A stretch of 63,837 nucleotides of DNA, the filler included. It is 6 parts of 6 records of this genome, joined end to end, with 100 filler letters (N's around TTAATTAATTAA, not from the genome) between each part and the next. Parts side by side here need not be neighbours in the genome. Positions count along the whole stretch, not along the records: positions 42,605 to 56,964 come from SRR2962707_1981; positions 57,065 to 63,837 come from SRR2962707_1987; 4 more parts are not named here. The stretch is one strand, 5' to 3'. Under the pieces are notes generated by a model. That model was not told the DNA's origin, did not search any database, and saw only the letters and a program-made list of their open reading frames with translations. Below, one piece after another: positions 53,237 to 63,836 of this stretch; position 1 is the stretch's first letter, and each line of letters begins with the position of its first letter. Made by a program: the position numbers and the translations under genes.

Positions 53237-53844
53237 CTTTCAGCAAACGTCTTCTTGATTTGGCAAGCGCAGTTTTCCTGACCGTTTTGTTGTCACCGCT
53301 GATCCTGGGCGTTGCTGTGGCCATATTGTTCTTGGACGGGCGCCCGATATTGTATTTGTCGGAACGGATGAAGACGTCCACTGAAGGGTTCACTCTTTGG
53401 AAGTTCAGAACAATGACGCCGACTTCGAACGATCAAGGTGTGTCGGGCGGGAACAAAGTTAGTCGTATCACAAGAACAGGGGCGTTTTTGCGTCGGTATC
53501 GGTTAGATGAGATGCCCCAGCTTTGGAATATCTTGCGAGGCGACATCAGTTTTGTTGGGCCACGGCCCCCGTTGCGGCACTATGTCGAAAAATTCCCTGA
53601 GACTTATGCCGAAGTTCTAAAAAGCCGGCCGGGAATTACCGGCATGGCTACATTGGCTTTTCACAAAACCGAAGAGAAGCTGCTGGAACCATGTAAGACA
53701 GCAGAAGCGACAGAAGACGTGTACTGTCGCAGATGTGTGCCGCGCAAAGCTCGGTTAGATTTGATTTACGCCCGTAACCGAACTGTCTGCACCGATTTTC
53801 GGTTGATGTTGGCCACCGTTTTCAAGCGGATAAAGCTTCACTAA
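53233..53844 (+). CDS. Bacterial sugar transferase (priming phosphoglycosyltransferase)
   Basis: Motifs KRLLD, KFRTM, LDEMPQLWNIL.GDISFVGPRP and RPGITG. Confidence 0.93.
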   Translation: MTFSKRLLDLASAVFLTVLLSPLILGVAVAILFLDGRPILYLSERMKTSTEGFTLWKFRTMTPTSNDQGVSGGNKVSRITRTGAFLRRYRLDEMPQLWNILRGDISFVGPRPPLRHYVEKFPETYAEVLKSRPGITGMATLAFHKTEEKLLEPCKTAEATEDVYCRRCVPRKARLDLIYARNRTVCTDFRLMLATVFKRIKLH

Positions 53845-54521
53845 ACTCGCAACGGCTGTAGCATCGCGTACTGGCTCAATTCACCCAACCATTGACGCCC
53901 GCCAATGATCGTACCTCTGGGTGACACAATGAACGTGTTGGTCACTTCAGGTCCATTACCTGTACAGGCCGCGGTCATGACCCGACCGGACATGTTAAGT
54001 GTGCCAACGACCACGGGAACGGTGGTTCCGGCCGTAACCATACACGAGTAGTTGTATTCAATCGTCTGGTCTTCGCCGTTCAGGAACCGCATGACATAGG
54101 GCGCGATACCGTTTTGGCGATTTGAAACAAGTCTGAGAAGCGACCGAGTTTCCGATGACATCAAATCGCCGCCGAACCCCCGCGTCGCTGTAATCATACC
54201 GCCACGCACGACATAGGATTGGCGCGAGCTGGTGCCAAATGTTCTATACGGGCCATTTTTAGCTATTTCCAAGAACAACGCCTGTGCGTTCCGGGATTCG
54301 AGAGAAAGAATAGAGACTGGAACCGACGTCGCGTTCAATGCTTGCGCCATCTGTTCCTGGGTTGGCCCCGATGGCTGCGTCTTTGGCTTCGGTTTGAATG
54401 TGGACAGCAGGCTTTGGCGCATGGCTTTGGAATCTGCTACGTCAGCATCGTTGCCACAGCCAGCCAATAGACCCAGTGCCATAAGTCCGATCAACGAGTA
54501 TCGTTTGAAAGATCCGGTCAT
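53841..54521 (-). CDS. YjbF/GfcB family lipoprotein
   Basis: Lipobox LLAGC; motif GMITATRGFGGDLMS; translationally coupled to the YjbH gene. Confidence 0.82.
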   Translation of the reverse strand: MTGSFKRYSLIGLMALGLLAGCGNDADVADSKAMRQSLLSTFKPKPKTQPSGPTQEQMAQALNATSVPVSILSLESRNAQALFLEIAKNGPYRTFGTSSRQSYVVRGGMITATRGFGGDLMSSETRSLLRLVSNRQNGIAPYVMRFLNGEDQTIEYNYSCMVTAGTTVPVVVGTLNMSGRVMTAACTGNGPEVTNTFIVSPRGTIIGGRQWLGELSQYAMLQPLRV

Positions 54522-56623
54522 CTCCAGAACTTACCCCACGTTTTGTCCATTTCTGGCTTGTGATAATCACGGACACCTTCGTAAAGGCGACCCGGTACAT
54601 TGAGGCGCGCGCCACCATCACGTGTCAGTGACTTAATTTCGGTGGTCGAGCGTTTGCGTGAAGGTGTGCCGATCATCGTGGACAAAGGCACAGTTAGGCG
54701 AATGCCCTTGTCAAAAGACCCCTCGCCAAAGTCCTCAAACGAGGCATTTGTGAAGGTGGCATAAGCGCCGACACGCCAGCCGTTGGAAAACTCTCGGTCC
54801 AAGCTGATTGTGCCGCCGTAATCGCCCGCCAAATAGCGCCCGATGTCTAGCTGACCATGAAAGTTGTTGCCCATGTCATAGTATACGGAGGCATGTCCTG
54901 TAGCGATTTCGTAGTCTTGAAGGCCGAACAGTTGATCGAAATCACGTTGTTTGACGTAGTTGAGTTCGACACCTAGTGCGAGACGGCTATCAACAGGCTT
55001 CCAGAGAACTTCGCCCGAAACACCGGCATACATTGTTTCAAGGTATCCGAAAGTTAAACGGCCGTAGAGATCTTTGCCGGGGCGACTATAAGCCGATACC
55101 GTCAGGTTCTCGATCGCCGGATTACCTTGTTTGCTATATTTGGCATAGTCGGTCCGGACCCGTGGCAAGCCTGATGGATCTACCCGGCTGATGCTATCGA
55201 GATTTCCGCCCAGCTTCTTTGTTAAGGATCCAGACAAAACGACATTTGGTGTTATCTGATAACTTGCCTTTGCACGCGCACCAACATCGGCGCGGATCGG
55301 ATTATCCGGATCAAACACGCTGAGCATGATGTAAGGTGATAGCGACCAATTGAATTTTGGATAAATGCCATCAACCGCATCTGGTGCTTTCTTATAGCCA
55401 TCCATAATCTTCGTCTTCGCCAGGATGGCCGACGCTTTCTCGTGCTCCAGCTTTTCAACATCAGACCGTCGCATCTGAATGGCAGACATAGGGAGGCCGT
55501 TTACGACCGGCACAATCTCAAACAACTCGACAGAACCGGGAAGGGCGCGTGTCATAATACGCGCCGTGCGACCGATGGCCTGCGGAGTGTTTCCATAACG
55601 TGGGTTACGAAGCCGAACGGTGGCTGTTCGCGCCTGAAGATCCAGGCCTTCCAAAACCAGACCTTCGTTTGCAAGAGCCGCGCTTAAGACCTTGAAAGTC
55701 GATGCTGGTTTTTGTGTATCGCTTGTCCAACCGAGATCTCTTGCGCTTGCCGCAGATCTCACATTGACAGGAGTTGGCGCGGTTTCAGCTCCACCTGGAA
55801 ACGGCACTTGCCGCAAATTCGCTGGCAATGTGAACTGAACACCGATTTCATTGCCATAGGCATAATAAACTGAAGCTTGGTTCCCGTTTTTGAACGTGTA
55901 GTCGATGCCATAGTTCCAAGGACTTTTGTGCTGGAACTGACCGTCGGTGCTTTCCAGCGCATAGTTGTCTGAAGAGTATTCCAACTTGAACGTAAAGTTC
56001 TTGTTCGGCGAATAGCTCACGCCGCCAAATGCTGCTGCATCTCCACGGAACCAACGATCATAGGTTGGAATTCCGCCTTCACCCAAAAGTTCTGCGGGGC
56101 GCGTTCCTGTTGATCCGAACGAATTGTAGCTGCCCAGACGGCCCCAGCCGACACCTCCGGTAAGCTTTAAACCAGGGGCAACGGTTTTGGTGGCAACAAT
56201 ATACTCACCACCATAAAGGCCGGTCCCGATAAAATCCTGTAACCCGACTGTGACCGCAGGGCGGTTCTTGGTCTCTGTGACAAGCTGGTACCGCAAATCA
56301 AAGCTACGATCATAGTAAACCCCGTCGACACTGGCCGGACTGGTGAAATTGCTGATCGCACTGTAGCGAAATGACCCGGACAAACGCGGCAAGATTTGAA
56401 AGCCCAAAGTCGTGCGCGTTGTATCGCCCATTTTGGAAACGGTCGTCGATAACGTTGCTTCAGGCTGTGCGTCGGCGGTCGGCATATCGACCAACCCGGG
56501 TGAGCCAAATAGATTGTAGCTGGGTTTCTCCTGAGCAACGACAGCAGTGATTGCAACAGTCGTCAACGCGAACGTAGCAACGGTGGTTCGTAGCAGGCCA
56601 AAGCGGGTTTTTTTAATATGCAT
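54518..56623 (-). CDS. YjbH/GfcD domain outer-membrane protein
   Basis: Signal peptide; motifs FGSPGLVDMPTA, DRSFDLRYQL, GRYLAGDYG and FGEGSFDKG. Start placed at MHIKK. Confidence 0.88.
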   Translation of the reverse strand: MHIKKTRFGLLRTTVATFALTTVAITAVVAQEKPSYNLFGSPGLVDMPTADAQPEATLSTTVSKMGDTTRTTLGFQILPRLSGSFRYSAISNFTSPASVDGVYYDRSFDLRYQLVTETKNRPAVTVGLQDFIGTGLYGGEYIVATKTVAPGLKLTGGVGWGRLGSYNSFGSTGTRPAELLGEGGIPTYDRWFRGDAAAFGGVSYSPNKNFTFKLEYSSDNYALESTDGQFQHKSPWNYGIDYTFKNGNQASVYYAYGNEIGVQFTLPANLRQVPFPGGAETAPTPVNVRSAASARDLGWTSDTQKPASTFKVLSAALANEGLVLEGLDLQARTATVRLRNPRYGNTPQAIGRTARIMTRALPGSVELFEIVPVVNGLPMSAIQMRRSDVEKLEHEKASAILAKTKIMDGYKKAPDAVDGIYPKFNWSLSPYIMLSVFDPDNPIRADVGARAKASYQITPNVVLSGSLTKKLGGNLDSISRVDPSGLPRVRTDYAKYSKQGNPAIENLTVSAYSRPGKDLYGRLTFGYLETMYAGVSGEVLWKPVDSRLALGVELNYVKQRDFDQLFGLQDYEIATGHASVYYDMGNNFHGQLDIGRYLAGDYGGTISLDREFSNGWRVGAYATFTNASFEDFGEGSFDKGIRLTVPLSTMIGTPSRKRSTTEIKSLTRDGGARLNVPGRLYEGVRDYHKPEMDKTWGKFWR

Positions 56624-56841
56624 CAGGTCCAACATGCCCATGTCCCTAAAACTCAGGAACTTTTCATCAATTGCTATGCCAAGCGTCGTCACAAGTCTAC
56701 TAAATCGCCGTGGTTTGTTGCTGGACTGTGCGAAATCCGGCACGTTGTCGGCGAAAATTAACCTGACATTTTGAATCGTTAAGCAGCGCGAAAGGTTTTG
56801 GCGTCAGGAATTTTCCTGGGTGGCAGAAAAGGTGGTGTTTG

Positions 56842-56964
56842 ATGAGTGGAGGTAACAACCTCGCGCCTATCATCATCAAGAGAAAGAAAATCGTAGGTGG
56901 CGATGGCCACCATGGCGGGGCATGGAAGGTCGCATATGCGGACTTCGTGACCGCGATGATGGCC
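56842..56964 (+). CDS. motB: Flagellar motor protein MotB, N-terminus (3' truncated; absent from the ORF track)
   Basis: Translates as MSGGNNLAPIIIKRKKIVGGDGHHGGAWKVAYADFVTAMMA. Confidence 0.93.
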
Positions 56965-57064
56965 NNNNNNNNNNNNNNNNNNNNNNNNNNNNNNNNNNNN
57001 NNNNNNNNTTAATTAATTAANNNNNNNNNNNNNNNNNNNNNNNNNNNNNNNNNNNNNNNNNNNN
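56965..57064. other. Artificial contig spacer
   Basis: N44-TTAATTAATTAA-N44. Confidence 0.99.
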
Positions 57065-57085
57065 TGTGTGTGTGTGTGTGTGTGT
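57065..57085. repeat. (TG)n microsatellite at the contig start
   Basis: Seen directly. Confidence 0.9.
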
Positions 57086-57222
57086 TTGTGTGTTCTGTTC
57101 CGCTCGTGCGTGTGCGTTCTTGGATACGTCACGCGTTCTTTCTGCTTCTTCTCAGTAGCGACATGGTCCGCTCCTTCGACCGCCCCACCTTCGCGTGGAG
57201 GAGGTAGAGCTGATTCCTCGCA

Positions 57223-60200
57223 ATGGTTGCCGAAATGCGACTTGCTCTCCTGCGAGCTGTGATGGGGAGTCGTCGCTTGTTGTTGGTGTTGTTGTTGCGG
57301 CCGCTGCTGCTGCTCTCAACTCTCGGTGTCACAGTTCCCGTGGTTTTCAGCACGGAGCTCTACGTGGCAAACCAAACGTGCACGTACGAGGTCTCGGACC
57401 CGCCCACCAACTACTCCACTTGGACCCGCAACCAGTGCACTGACCTCGTGTACGGCCTTGTGGAGGATGAAGCCGGGCAGCCACTGCATGGGCTCACTGC
57501 CAACCGCGACTTGCGGATGCGCAACTGCTGCCCACTGGCGCAAGAATTTTTCCGTTGCTTTTCAACTTCTGATTGGTCCGACTACGACCCTCCAAGTGCT
57601 CTTGCCACGATGACAGCAATTGCCCCTACGGGGTGCACCGGTTTCTTTGACGAGCAAGTAGCCATGAAAACTTTAGGGTACAACCTGGACTGCCCGATTC
57701 CGCCCCCACCGTACTGTTTCCCACTGCACAACTGCATTGCCGAAGAGAGTGAGCGCAACTTCACGGATGCAAGTGGAGTCGTGATCGCGGGACCATGGCC
57801 CAACACACAGATGGAGGATTACGCTACGATTCCTTGTGCATCGACAGAAATTGGACCACTCGAGGGCAAATACTCTGGCCTCCTCATTGGGTACTGCAAC
57901 AACGGGACCATTGAGCCGACCAATAGCTCCTGTATCCCAAACCCATGTGGCGTCAACGGTGGTGAGATCGATGCAGGCTTCGATGCCTCAGGGATAAAGA
58001 TTTGGGGGCCATGGCCTGCAGTAACTGCCGACCACTGGAGCTACATTGAGTGCCACCCGTACGTGGGTTGCAGGTTGATGAAGATTTCCCCGAGTTGGGT
58101 GGGCATGTATGCTCGTGGGACATTGGTGTTGCTGTGCTAACAACGCAGTTTTATGCAGGTACTACGCAACAGGACCGATTCCCGCCGAAGGCACGTTCAC
58201 CGGCAGAATAGGTTGGTACAATCTGCAGTCTCAGTGCAGCCACATCTGCACACCTGCTCCCCGGCACCATCAAATGGCCGAATTACTCTTGGTTTAGGTC
58301 GCTACTGCAAAGCGGGTGTGCTCCTGCCCACAACGGACAGCTGTGTGCCAGACGACTGCGTACAACTGAGCGATGGTGGTTTTGATGCCGATGGAAATCC
58401 GTTGCGTGGGCCGTGGGCGGCTGCTGCGCATGGCTCGTACGTGAGAGTGCATTTTTTTTTTTGTTTTGTTTGTTATGTTTTTGCATATTTGTATCTTCGC
58501 CTGCCAAAGCACCACCTGTCGCAAATCACGGTCTCAAGCCACTTTATCGTTTGTAGGTATGCCACGCTGTCTTGCAGCTCTGCAGCAGGGCTCGACGGCG
58601 GGTGGAACGGCTCCGATATCCCGCACTTTGTTGGAACTGTGTCTCGCAAGTGCCATGCAGGTTCTTTTGCCCTTCCGAACGCATCTTGTACGTTTCCCTC
58701 GCAAGCTTTATGCACCGTGATATGCAAACGTTCACGTGGGTGCTCACCTCCTGGGAATGCATGCCAGCGAGTGTCATCCTAGTGCGAGTTTGAATTTTCA
58801 TTTTTGTGCACTTTTCCTCAACTTCCACCCTACTTCCAAATCATGCATGCCGTGTTTGACTGTTGCTTGTCTTCCACTCACTTGTGTTTGGAATGCCAAT
58901 GGCACTCCTTTGCCTTGCACCGCCATTCGCGTTCATAGCCGTGTGTGAGTGACCCTGCGAGTGTGCGGCTTTTGCCGTTTTGCAACATCACGGATTTGCC
59001 TCTTGCTTCCCATTGTTTCACTCTCGCTTGTCAGTCTGATCATTCCTTGTGCATACGTGACACAGGTACCGGTGCCCCTTGTGCACACTCAACGTTTTAC
59101 AATCTTGGGGCCGAGTGAGTGTGATTGTGGTCCTAGCATATTTTTTTCTGGTAGACACAACCGTATCAAAGTCAATTGTCCGTGCTCGAAATGAAACCAC
59201 TCGTTGCCCGTAGGTATGAAGAGCTGGTCGACGCAAACGGAACGCAGCTGCAAGGCCCGTGGCCAGCTGTTGAACACAACGGGACTACACAGCTCGACTG
59301 TTCAGATCCCGTCACTGGGGTGGCTGTCGAAGACGGATTTTGGGAGGGGATCGTCACACGGCACTGCAATGGTGGTGTCTTGGGCCCGATCGAAGGTTTC
59401 TGTACGCCATTGAACTGCACTGCGAGCACAGATGCAATGTTCGTGTAATTGACACAGTTTCTCCGATGAAGTCACTGATGCTAGTGATGCTTTTTCACTG
59501 GTTGCTCTTGAGCTTCCCCTTTGCGTCTCATTGTGTGTGTTGTCTGTTGGTCTCTATTTTTCAGCTACGATGAAGTGGGACATGCGCTCAATGGACCATT
59601 CTTCTTTACAGTGCATGGTGAAGTTGCAAATATCTCGTGCGCAGATAGTGGTACCAACGAGGAGCTAGGTCGCGGCCCCAAAGACCGACTCAATGACTAC
59701 TACGGCATGGTGACACGCGAGTGCTATGCTGGGCAATGGCAGGATGTTCAAGGAGAATGTAGGATTGAGGAGTTACTCAGCCCTGAACAAACTACCACAG
59801 CATCCTTGTCGGTGTCTGGGAGTGTGGGTGGACTTGTGTTGCTGGTGCTCGGCTTTGTGGGTGTATCCGGTGTTCTTGACGGCGTGTGGTGGGGAGGGCG
59901 ATCCCTCACCACCTACGCTGGAATAAAAGCCCAGTCTTTTGTGTCTACGTCGGGCATGGTGGCTGTGGCGCTGCTGGTGGTGCTGCAAGACTACGCAGCT
60001 TTTTCGCGCTTCGAATTTGTCAGGGCCAAGGCCAGCACTGTTGCCACTATGGCGGCAGGTTTCCAATGGGCTTCGCTGTACACTGACTGGTTCATTCCTT
60101 GTGGACAAGAATGTGGGGTCTTTGAGGATTTCAATGGAACCGATGATCTTTCCTCAACGACGACCACCACGACTACTACTACCACTACCACCACCATCAC

Positions 60201-63200
60201 CATCACCACCACGCCCATGACTACTTCAGATTTGACAACTTCCACAACAGTATCCACCACCATGGCTCCAGCCCCAGCCAACGCCACGGAAATCGAAAAT
60301 GCAAACGTGACAACGATTGCTCGCCGATTTCTATTGGACACGGCTACTTCTGTATTTGGAACAGTCCCCCTTACAACCGCCCCATTGTCGTTACCTACCA
60401 CAGCGGCTGTTTTTGAAACAACATTCTTGTTAAATGCATCGGCAAATGGATCAAATTTCCTTTTTTGCTTCGGGGACGGCGTTTTCAATGAAACCAACGA
60501 TGCAGTCGCTATTGCAACCGCTGCCAACCAACTGCTCAACATGTCAGCAGTTGCACTCGGGCTGCTTGTGCTCAGTGTTTTGGCCATTGTTGTTGCGTAC
60601 ATATATGGCCACGTGGTAGTCTCGCGTCTCCTGGACATGCATTTGCGCCGTTTGACGCGACTGGCGAGTGATCCAGCCCAAAAGTTGTGTTTCCTTCACC
60701 TGTTGCGCCGCGAAGAAGAAGAGCATGAAGAGCGCCGCCGCATGCTGCTGAACGGTCATGGCGGGGATCGAAACGATTACCCAGGTTTCCCGCCGATTCG
60801 CCCGGCAGGAAGAGCCGCACACAACGCACGTGCTGCCAGTGCCATTCTGTTGCTCCAAACACACATCAAGAAATGGCAGCGACGCAGACATCAAGGTGCA
60901 GAGCTCTTGCAAGCGGCGTTTCGAGGTTGGCGTGAGCGGCGCTACAAGTTAGCCCGCTTTTGGGCCCGCATGTGGGACCCCAACTTGCATCAGTTTTACT
61001 TTTTTAATCGGAGAACCAACCAGTACGTTTGTTGCTGGAGACAACTGCTTGACGTGCCATAAGTTTGACTCAAGACATTTCGTCCGGAATCTCATATTTG
61101 CCACGCATGTATGCAGGTTCACATGGAATGAACCGGAGGGCTTTCGGCAGTCTTATTCAGACCAACTTGTGGCCAGGGATCCTGTCATCAGCGTTGCAAT
61201 GCGAGTGCAACGTGTGTGGCGCGCCAGTCAAACGCGCAAAAAATGGAGTCACTTGCTGAGAGAAATGGCTCGGGAACGGAAACGGCGCCAGGTACAGGCT
61301 GAAGCCTCAGCTTCAGCCGAAGCTGCCGCTCAGAAGCGGAAGAAGCGGCGCCCACGGCCTTCCGAAATTGGTCTTCAGAGCAGTTCAACGACGAGAGCAG
61401 ATGAACAGCGAGCACCCGTTGGATCGCCCAAAGTTCTAAATGGTGTGCCAGACACCAAATTTGACATTAAGACTCTAGGAGCGCAGCTTGCAAGCGGCAC
61501 AGCAAACGCAGCGGTGCGTGCGTCAACGTTACAGGTTGAGAGTCACGTCATTATCGCGACAAACTGCTTCACTCCATTTGTTTTATGCAACTTTCTTTGC
61601 TCCTGTGTTCCCTGAAGGCTGCGATTCGAAAAGGCACCAAGGAACTAGCTGCCTCGGCCGTGCGTGAACACGACAGCATGGTGACCAAAATGCAGCTGGC
61701 CAAGGCACTGCGTGACCAGGGATTTGAGGCCCCGCACATTGAGAAGGCGTTCCAGATCGTGGGGAGCGCTGACCCCCAGGCCGCGTACGACTGGCTAAAG
61801 TCGCATTACCCTCGCGCACAGGACCGTGCACCAACGGCCCCTGAGCCGCCCAAAACCCGAAAACAATCTCGTGCTAAAGTCAGAGTTGACCTATTCGCGA
61901 GGCACGCCAGCAGTGGCGAACAGGTCATTGAGCTGACCGACACAGCTTTGAGTGCAAGCAAGCGTAATCCTAGTGAAGGCAGCGGAAAAGTAGCGTGGGC
62001 CACCCCGTCGAAAACCGGTGACGGGGATATGGGAATGGATCTTGAAGCCGGCGTTGCTGCAGATACGGATGACTCAACCAAAACACAAAACGACGGCAGA
62101 GTTGTGGTCAAGAAGAGCAAGAGGAAGAAGAAGCTCAAGCCAGCGGCGAATTTGGACGAGTTGGCAGAGCGACTGACACTCTGTGGTCGGATTCAGAGCG
62201 GCCTTTTGTATCTGTGGTTAAGCTTGACGCTCGCGCAGGCGCAAAAGGCAAATAAACGAGAACGCTTTCAAGGCGGGGAAGAGGCCTTTACAACAGCGCG
62301 TCAGTTCAAGTTCGATTTCAAGTCTGGTCATAACCAGGGCCCTGACGCCGAGCGTGTGTGGGGGGTGCGGCCCATTCCGTATCTGGCGATAATTTTGTGT
62401 CTCGTCCTTTTCAAATCGTTTGCGGACATTGGGCCGTTCGTCATCGTCGCATGGCTGCGGTTGGCAGACAGTGAAGACGCTGAAGCCACGGCAGCCATCA
62501 CAGCGCCAGTCCTTGCCTTTGCTATATTTTGGCTCGTTGTTGCGCTAGTTGTGATTGTTGTGGCTGCCTACGCGGTTGGAGTCGTCCACCTGAGGCAGAA
62601 CGCCTTCGAGTAAGTGCTACAGCAGTCTGCCTTTAGCATCGCTGCCCCATTCGCTGTTTCTTGAAGTGCCACTCTCATTCATTGACGTCGTCAAACTTTC
62701 AGATTTGCTAAGCCCTTTGGTAGCCAAGTGGTGGCTGGTGACGTCGGTACAGAGACTGGATGGTGGAAGAACAGATTCGTGGACGACAAAGAGCGTCAAT
62801 TTCAACTGACACAGGATGGTGCAGTTATGAAGGCTCGCGTCCAGGTACGACGCGCAAAATTATGTTTTGATTGGTGACAGACGCGTCGTTGCACAACAAT
62901 TTGCGATCCAAGTGATATTGGTCCGCGTTGTTTTCCCTCTGCGCCAACGCCCTGGATCTCACTTTCATTTTTTAAAACCTGTTTTGTCAGACGTGGGGCA
63001 TTTGGGTTGCTTTGGCGGGACCGCACAAAGGTCGCGAGTGGTTCCTGACGGTGTGGCTCACGTTTGTCCTGGCGGAGGGCGTTGCGTTTGCTGTGTTGTC
63101 GGGAGCAGAGGAACTTCTGGCAGCGTTTCTGTTTAAGTTGGTGTTGGCCACCATTGTTTGTGGGTGGCAGCCAGTGAACGGCCGAGTTCAGTTGTGGACA

Positions 63201-63545
63201 CTGCGCTTGAATCCAAATCTCTTCCTTGGCGCCTCGCAGCTACTTGTGGGACTGCAGTCCTTGATGATGTACGCTTATCCGTACGAGGACTGCCTGGCGT
63301 TGCCGACCGACCTGGTGGCGGTGCACCTCTTGTACATGGCTGCGGTCGTCACGCTTCTTGTCCTGTTTCTACTCGCGGATCTGCTTATTGCCGCAGTGAG
63401 GTGCAAGGACAAGTACCGGCGAAAAGGAAAAACGGGTCACAATAGTAAAAAGGGTGGACATGGAAGAAAAAAAGGGAGAAAGAAGAAGAAAAAGAAGAAA
63501 AAGTCCGCGAAAGTTAGTGCCGTGGCCCCCGAGAGCTATCAGTGA
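57223..63545 (+). CDS. Large multi-pass membrane protein: signal peptide, 5 HRM-like Cys modules, about 9 TM, Thr-rich loop, cytoplasmic IQ-IQ-WW-IQ-UBA region, polybasic tail; about 10 introns
   Basis: GT-AG introns (e.g. 58059-58158, 58212-58297, 58437-58556, 58688-59065, 61023-61116, 61514-61617) join the ORF-track fragments in frame; domain motifs recognised by eye. Confidence 0.78.
60157..60213 (+). repeat. ACN trinucleotide tract encoding poly-Thr (mucin-like)
   Basis: Long Thr run interrupted by two Ile codons within ORF 59521-61062. Confidence 0.9.
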
Positions 63546-63662
63546 TGCGTGCGCGGGTGTCCAGAAGGCGAGACAGCTTACTATGAAAATTATTTACTGA
63601 AAACATCAAACATTCCGTAACATACGCCCCAAAATACCGCAACACCGTCGGCTAATCAGCCG

Positions 63663-63836
63663 CTACTCTCGCAGCGGCTTAATTCCGAGCTTTGCGCGCT
63701 CGATGTTCCAATACTCCACCGAACCCTTCACCACAGCACCAGTGCTTGCTGCTGGAGCGGCGTTGGCAGCAGCGCTCGTCGCTCCGTGTTCGCGCGACGT
63801 TTGATTATTCTTCTTGTCTTTCTTTTTCTTGTCCTT
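63663..63836 (-). CDS. 3' end of a gene with a Lys-rich tail and C-terminal HIND (Hub1-interaction) motif, probably splicing factor Prp38 (absent from the ORF track)
   Basis: Translates as KDKKKKDKKNNQTSREHGATSAAANAAPAASTGAVVKGSVEYWNIERAKLGIKPLRE*; compare the HIND consensus SIEETNKLRAKLGLKPL. Confidence 0.75.
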   Translation of the reverse strand, partial: KDKKKKDKKNNQTSREHGATSAAANAAPAASTGAVVKGSVEYWNIERAKLGIKPLRE

